Source: Alphaproteobacteria bacterium
GTDB lineage: Bacteria > Pseudomonadota > Alphaproteobacteria > JABAAW01
Direction: 5' to 3'
Length of the DNA: 29,416 nucleotides
NCBI GenBank assembly: GCA_014238625.1
Contig: JABAAS010000002.1
Location: 1 to 29,416, forward strand
Positions 27,436 to 29,416 of the stretch are shown piece after piece. The number at the start of each line of letters is the position of its first letter. Positions within the stretch are counted from its first letter, which is position 1. The notes under the pieces were generated by a model. That model saw nothing but the letters and a program-made list of their open reading frames with translations, was not told the origin of the DNA and searched no databases. The translations under genes and the position numbers were made by a program.

Positions 27436-27496
27436 TCTTACTAATCGTCGCAAATTTTCCTAAAAGGTTGCAATTCCGTCGTTGAAATACGAAAAG

Positions 27497-29416
27497 CTAC
27501 GATGTTTCGGCTGGCTGATCTGATACTACCTTAGCGGACGAACCAGAACCGTAGTCCGTGCGGTAAATCGTATAGGCATCGTTACCTTGATCGAAATAAT
27601 CCTCGATGATGACTCTATTCCAAGTTTGAGTTACAGTCCCACCTTGTAAAAAGTGGAATGTAAAGACATCGATTTGTAAATCGTCGCCTCGAGTCGATTC
27701 CGTAAATTCTGTATCACCCAAATTGCCTCTTTTGAAATCAAAGTTAGAGTCACCATAATCGCCAGAGGGCGAGTAAGTTTGACGATTACCCAAGTTATCC
27801 GTGTAATAAAGAATCGTAGAGGGAGATGGAGCTCTGAAAGTCACCTTGTTGCCTGTTCCATCGTCACTACTAATTATTATATCTATACTTAATCGACCAT
27901 CTAATCTGTTCTCCGCGTTGAAGTGATAGCTATCAGCTTCGCCACCACCCCGCAGGGTATCGGAGCCGCCTTCGCCAGAAAGGTAGTCTCTGCCTTCCCC
28001 GCCATACAGTAAGTCGATTCCATCACCGCCATACAGACGGTCGGTACCAGAATCGCCATATAGGACATCATCGCCAGCATGACCCCATATAATGTCGTCT
28101 TCGCTACCGCCCCGCAGATAGTCATTGCCTTCATTGCCACCTATATTGTCCCTACCAGCGCCACCATATATGATATCATCCCCACTGCCGCCATAAAGAT
28201 TATCGCGACCATTCAAGCCACTTATGTAGTCATCACCGTTATTGCCATACAAACGGTCTGCACCGTCAAAGCCTATCATAAAATCATCATCATTACTGCC
28301 TCGAATAGTTCCTCCTGAATTATAGCCAACATAGATATTGTATAATAAAGTTTCTTCTTCTCCGTAATGGACGCTGTAGATACCATGCTGATAGGCATCT
28401 TTATCACCTTCATCATAGATTATAATTTCTGTGCTGCCCTGCCGCACTACCACAATATCTGTTTCCCCTAATGTAGAGCGACCAATTGCGAAAACATCGG
28501 AGGAGCTCTGTTCGGGGAAAAGAAGCCTACCTCCGTCGGAATCGGATTGAATAAAGTCCCTGCCACCATCAGTGTAAAATATGTAATCGTCGCGTCCTGC
28601 ACCTCCAGACAAATAGTCTATACCGCCTCCGCCGATCAGAGTGTTCGCATCACTGTTGCCAAACAACGTGTCAGCGTAGTTTGAACCGATCAGGTTGTCG
28701 ATATACCTAAGCGTATCTCCAGTAGCCCAACCACGTGCTGCATCAACAGGATTGGAACTAAGGTCTACTCCAACACCAGCTGTTGAGCTCGCGTAGCTAA
28801 CCCAATCGTCATCACTCGCAGATGAACCTATGAATGTGTCGGACAATGATGTTGCCAAAAACGGTCTATTCGCGCTGCCTAGTCTCTCAGGTACAACAAG
28901 CAACGAAGAAGCGATCTCTGTTTCTATACCATCCCTATTACGCGTGTAAAAACTGAAACCCGAGTTAGTAGGATAGTTCGTAAATTCTATTACATTGATC
29001 GAAGATCCATCCTTTCTAACCGTCAGAGTTACAGAATGGCTGCTACCTCCATTAGAGCGGACAAATGTGTAAGTCGCTCCCGCATAGTCATCGCTATCAC
29101 CTTCCAAGAAAACAATCTTACCTCCATCGTCAACAATAGTATCCTCATGATCTAATGGGCTAAATACATAAGTGTCTAAACCCAAACCACCCTCAAGACG
29201 ATCAAAACCCTTGCCGCCGACAATCTCGTTGTTATGCTCATTACCTGTAAGCCAATCGTTACCGCTCGAACCAACTAAATTCTCGATACCACTCAGAATG
29301 TCACCCTCAGCATCGTTACTGTTCGACGCAAAGCCATGACTGCCGTCAAAATCCTCTTGCCCGCCTGTCAAGCCAAGATTAACTCTGACACCTTTGTCAA
29401 AGTAATTAAAATACCT
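27497..29416 (-). CDS. RTX-type calcium-binding repeat protein (RTX4), 5' end outside window
   Basis: The frame is open to the window edge (YFNYFDKGVRVNLGLTGGQEDFDG...), so the track start at 29371 is an artefact. GGxGxD repeats and modules are shared with RTX3. Confidence 0.92.
   Translation of the reverse strand, partial: RYFNYFDKGVRVNLGLTGGQEDFDGSHGFASNSNDAEGDILSGIENLVGSSGNDWLTGNEHNNEIVGGKGFDRLEGGLGLDTYVFSPLDHEDTIVDDGGKIVFLEGDSDDYAGATYTFVRSNGGSSHSVTLTVRKDGSSINVIEFTNYPTNSGFSFYTRNRDGIETEIASSLLVVPERLGSANRPFLATSLSDTFIGSSASDDDWVSYASSTAGVGVDLSSNPVDAARGWATGDTLRYIDNLIGSNYADTLFGNSDANTLIGGGGIDYLSGGAGRDDYIFYTDGGRDFIQSDSDGGRLLFPEQSSSDVFAIGRSTLGETDIVVVRQGSTEIIIYDEGDKDAYQHGIYSVHYGEEETLLYNIYVGYNSGGTIRGSNDDDFMIGFDGADRLYGNNGDDYISGLNGRDNLYGGSGDDIIYGGAGRDNIGGNEGNDYLRGGSEDDIIWGHAGDDVLYGDSGTDRLYGGDGIDLLYGGEGRDYLSGEGGSDTLRGGGEADSYHFNAENRLDGRLSIDIIISSDDGTGNKVTFRAPSPSTILYYTDNLGNRQTYSPSGDYGDSNFDFKRGNLGDTEFTESTRGDDLQIDVFTFHFLQGGTVTQTWNRVIIEDYFDQGNDAYTIYRTDYGSGSSAKVVSDQPAETS

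Noticed and set aside
27335-27496. A cassette inverted repeat downstream of RTX4 (and upstream of RTX1 or RTX3)
   Set aside because: Only weak gapped matches were found, so the cassette model is supported for RTX2, partly for RTX3, and not for RTX1 or RTX4.

Overview
An accessory island with three layers. (1) Four minus-strand RTX-type (GGxGxD nonapeptide, Ca-binding) repeat-protein genes: <1-1945, 7430-12316, 13195-18072 and 27497->29416. They share a small set of shuffled modules. (2) A decayed Tn7-like element: tniQ with one nonsense codon, frameshifted tnsA, and a tnsB 5' stub fused in frame to a helicase 3' fragment. Its cargo is a DUF262/HNH (GmrSD-like) nuclease. Three same-handed arrays resembling Tn7-family ends terminate in ...TTTTACA at 2432, 12947 and 18363, and a decayed copy ends at 27423. 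(3) An apparently intact two-gene defence candidate (large N6-adenine methyltransferase with a 15-bp VNTR, coupled to a PLD-SNF2 helicase), followed by an AT-rich EamA transporter. The most striking observation is that the second RTX gene lies in a 5.3-kb transposase-less cassette (7213-12532) bounded by 33-bp inverted repeats (29/33 identical). The cassette sits between an orphan RBS+ATG-ACA-ACG-ATA and the body of the GmrSD-like gene, so removing it precisely restores that reading frame. A third copy of the repeat lies at an equivalent distance from the stop codon of the third RTX gene, suggesting a family of mobile RTX cassettes. No rRNA, tRNA, CRISPR array, cas gene or type I secretion gene was recognised. 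All assignments come from motif reading by eye, not from database searches.
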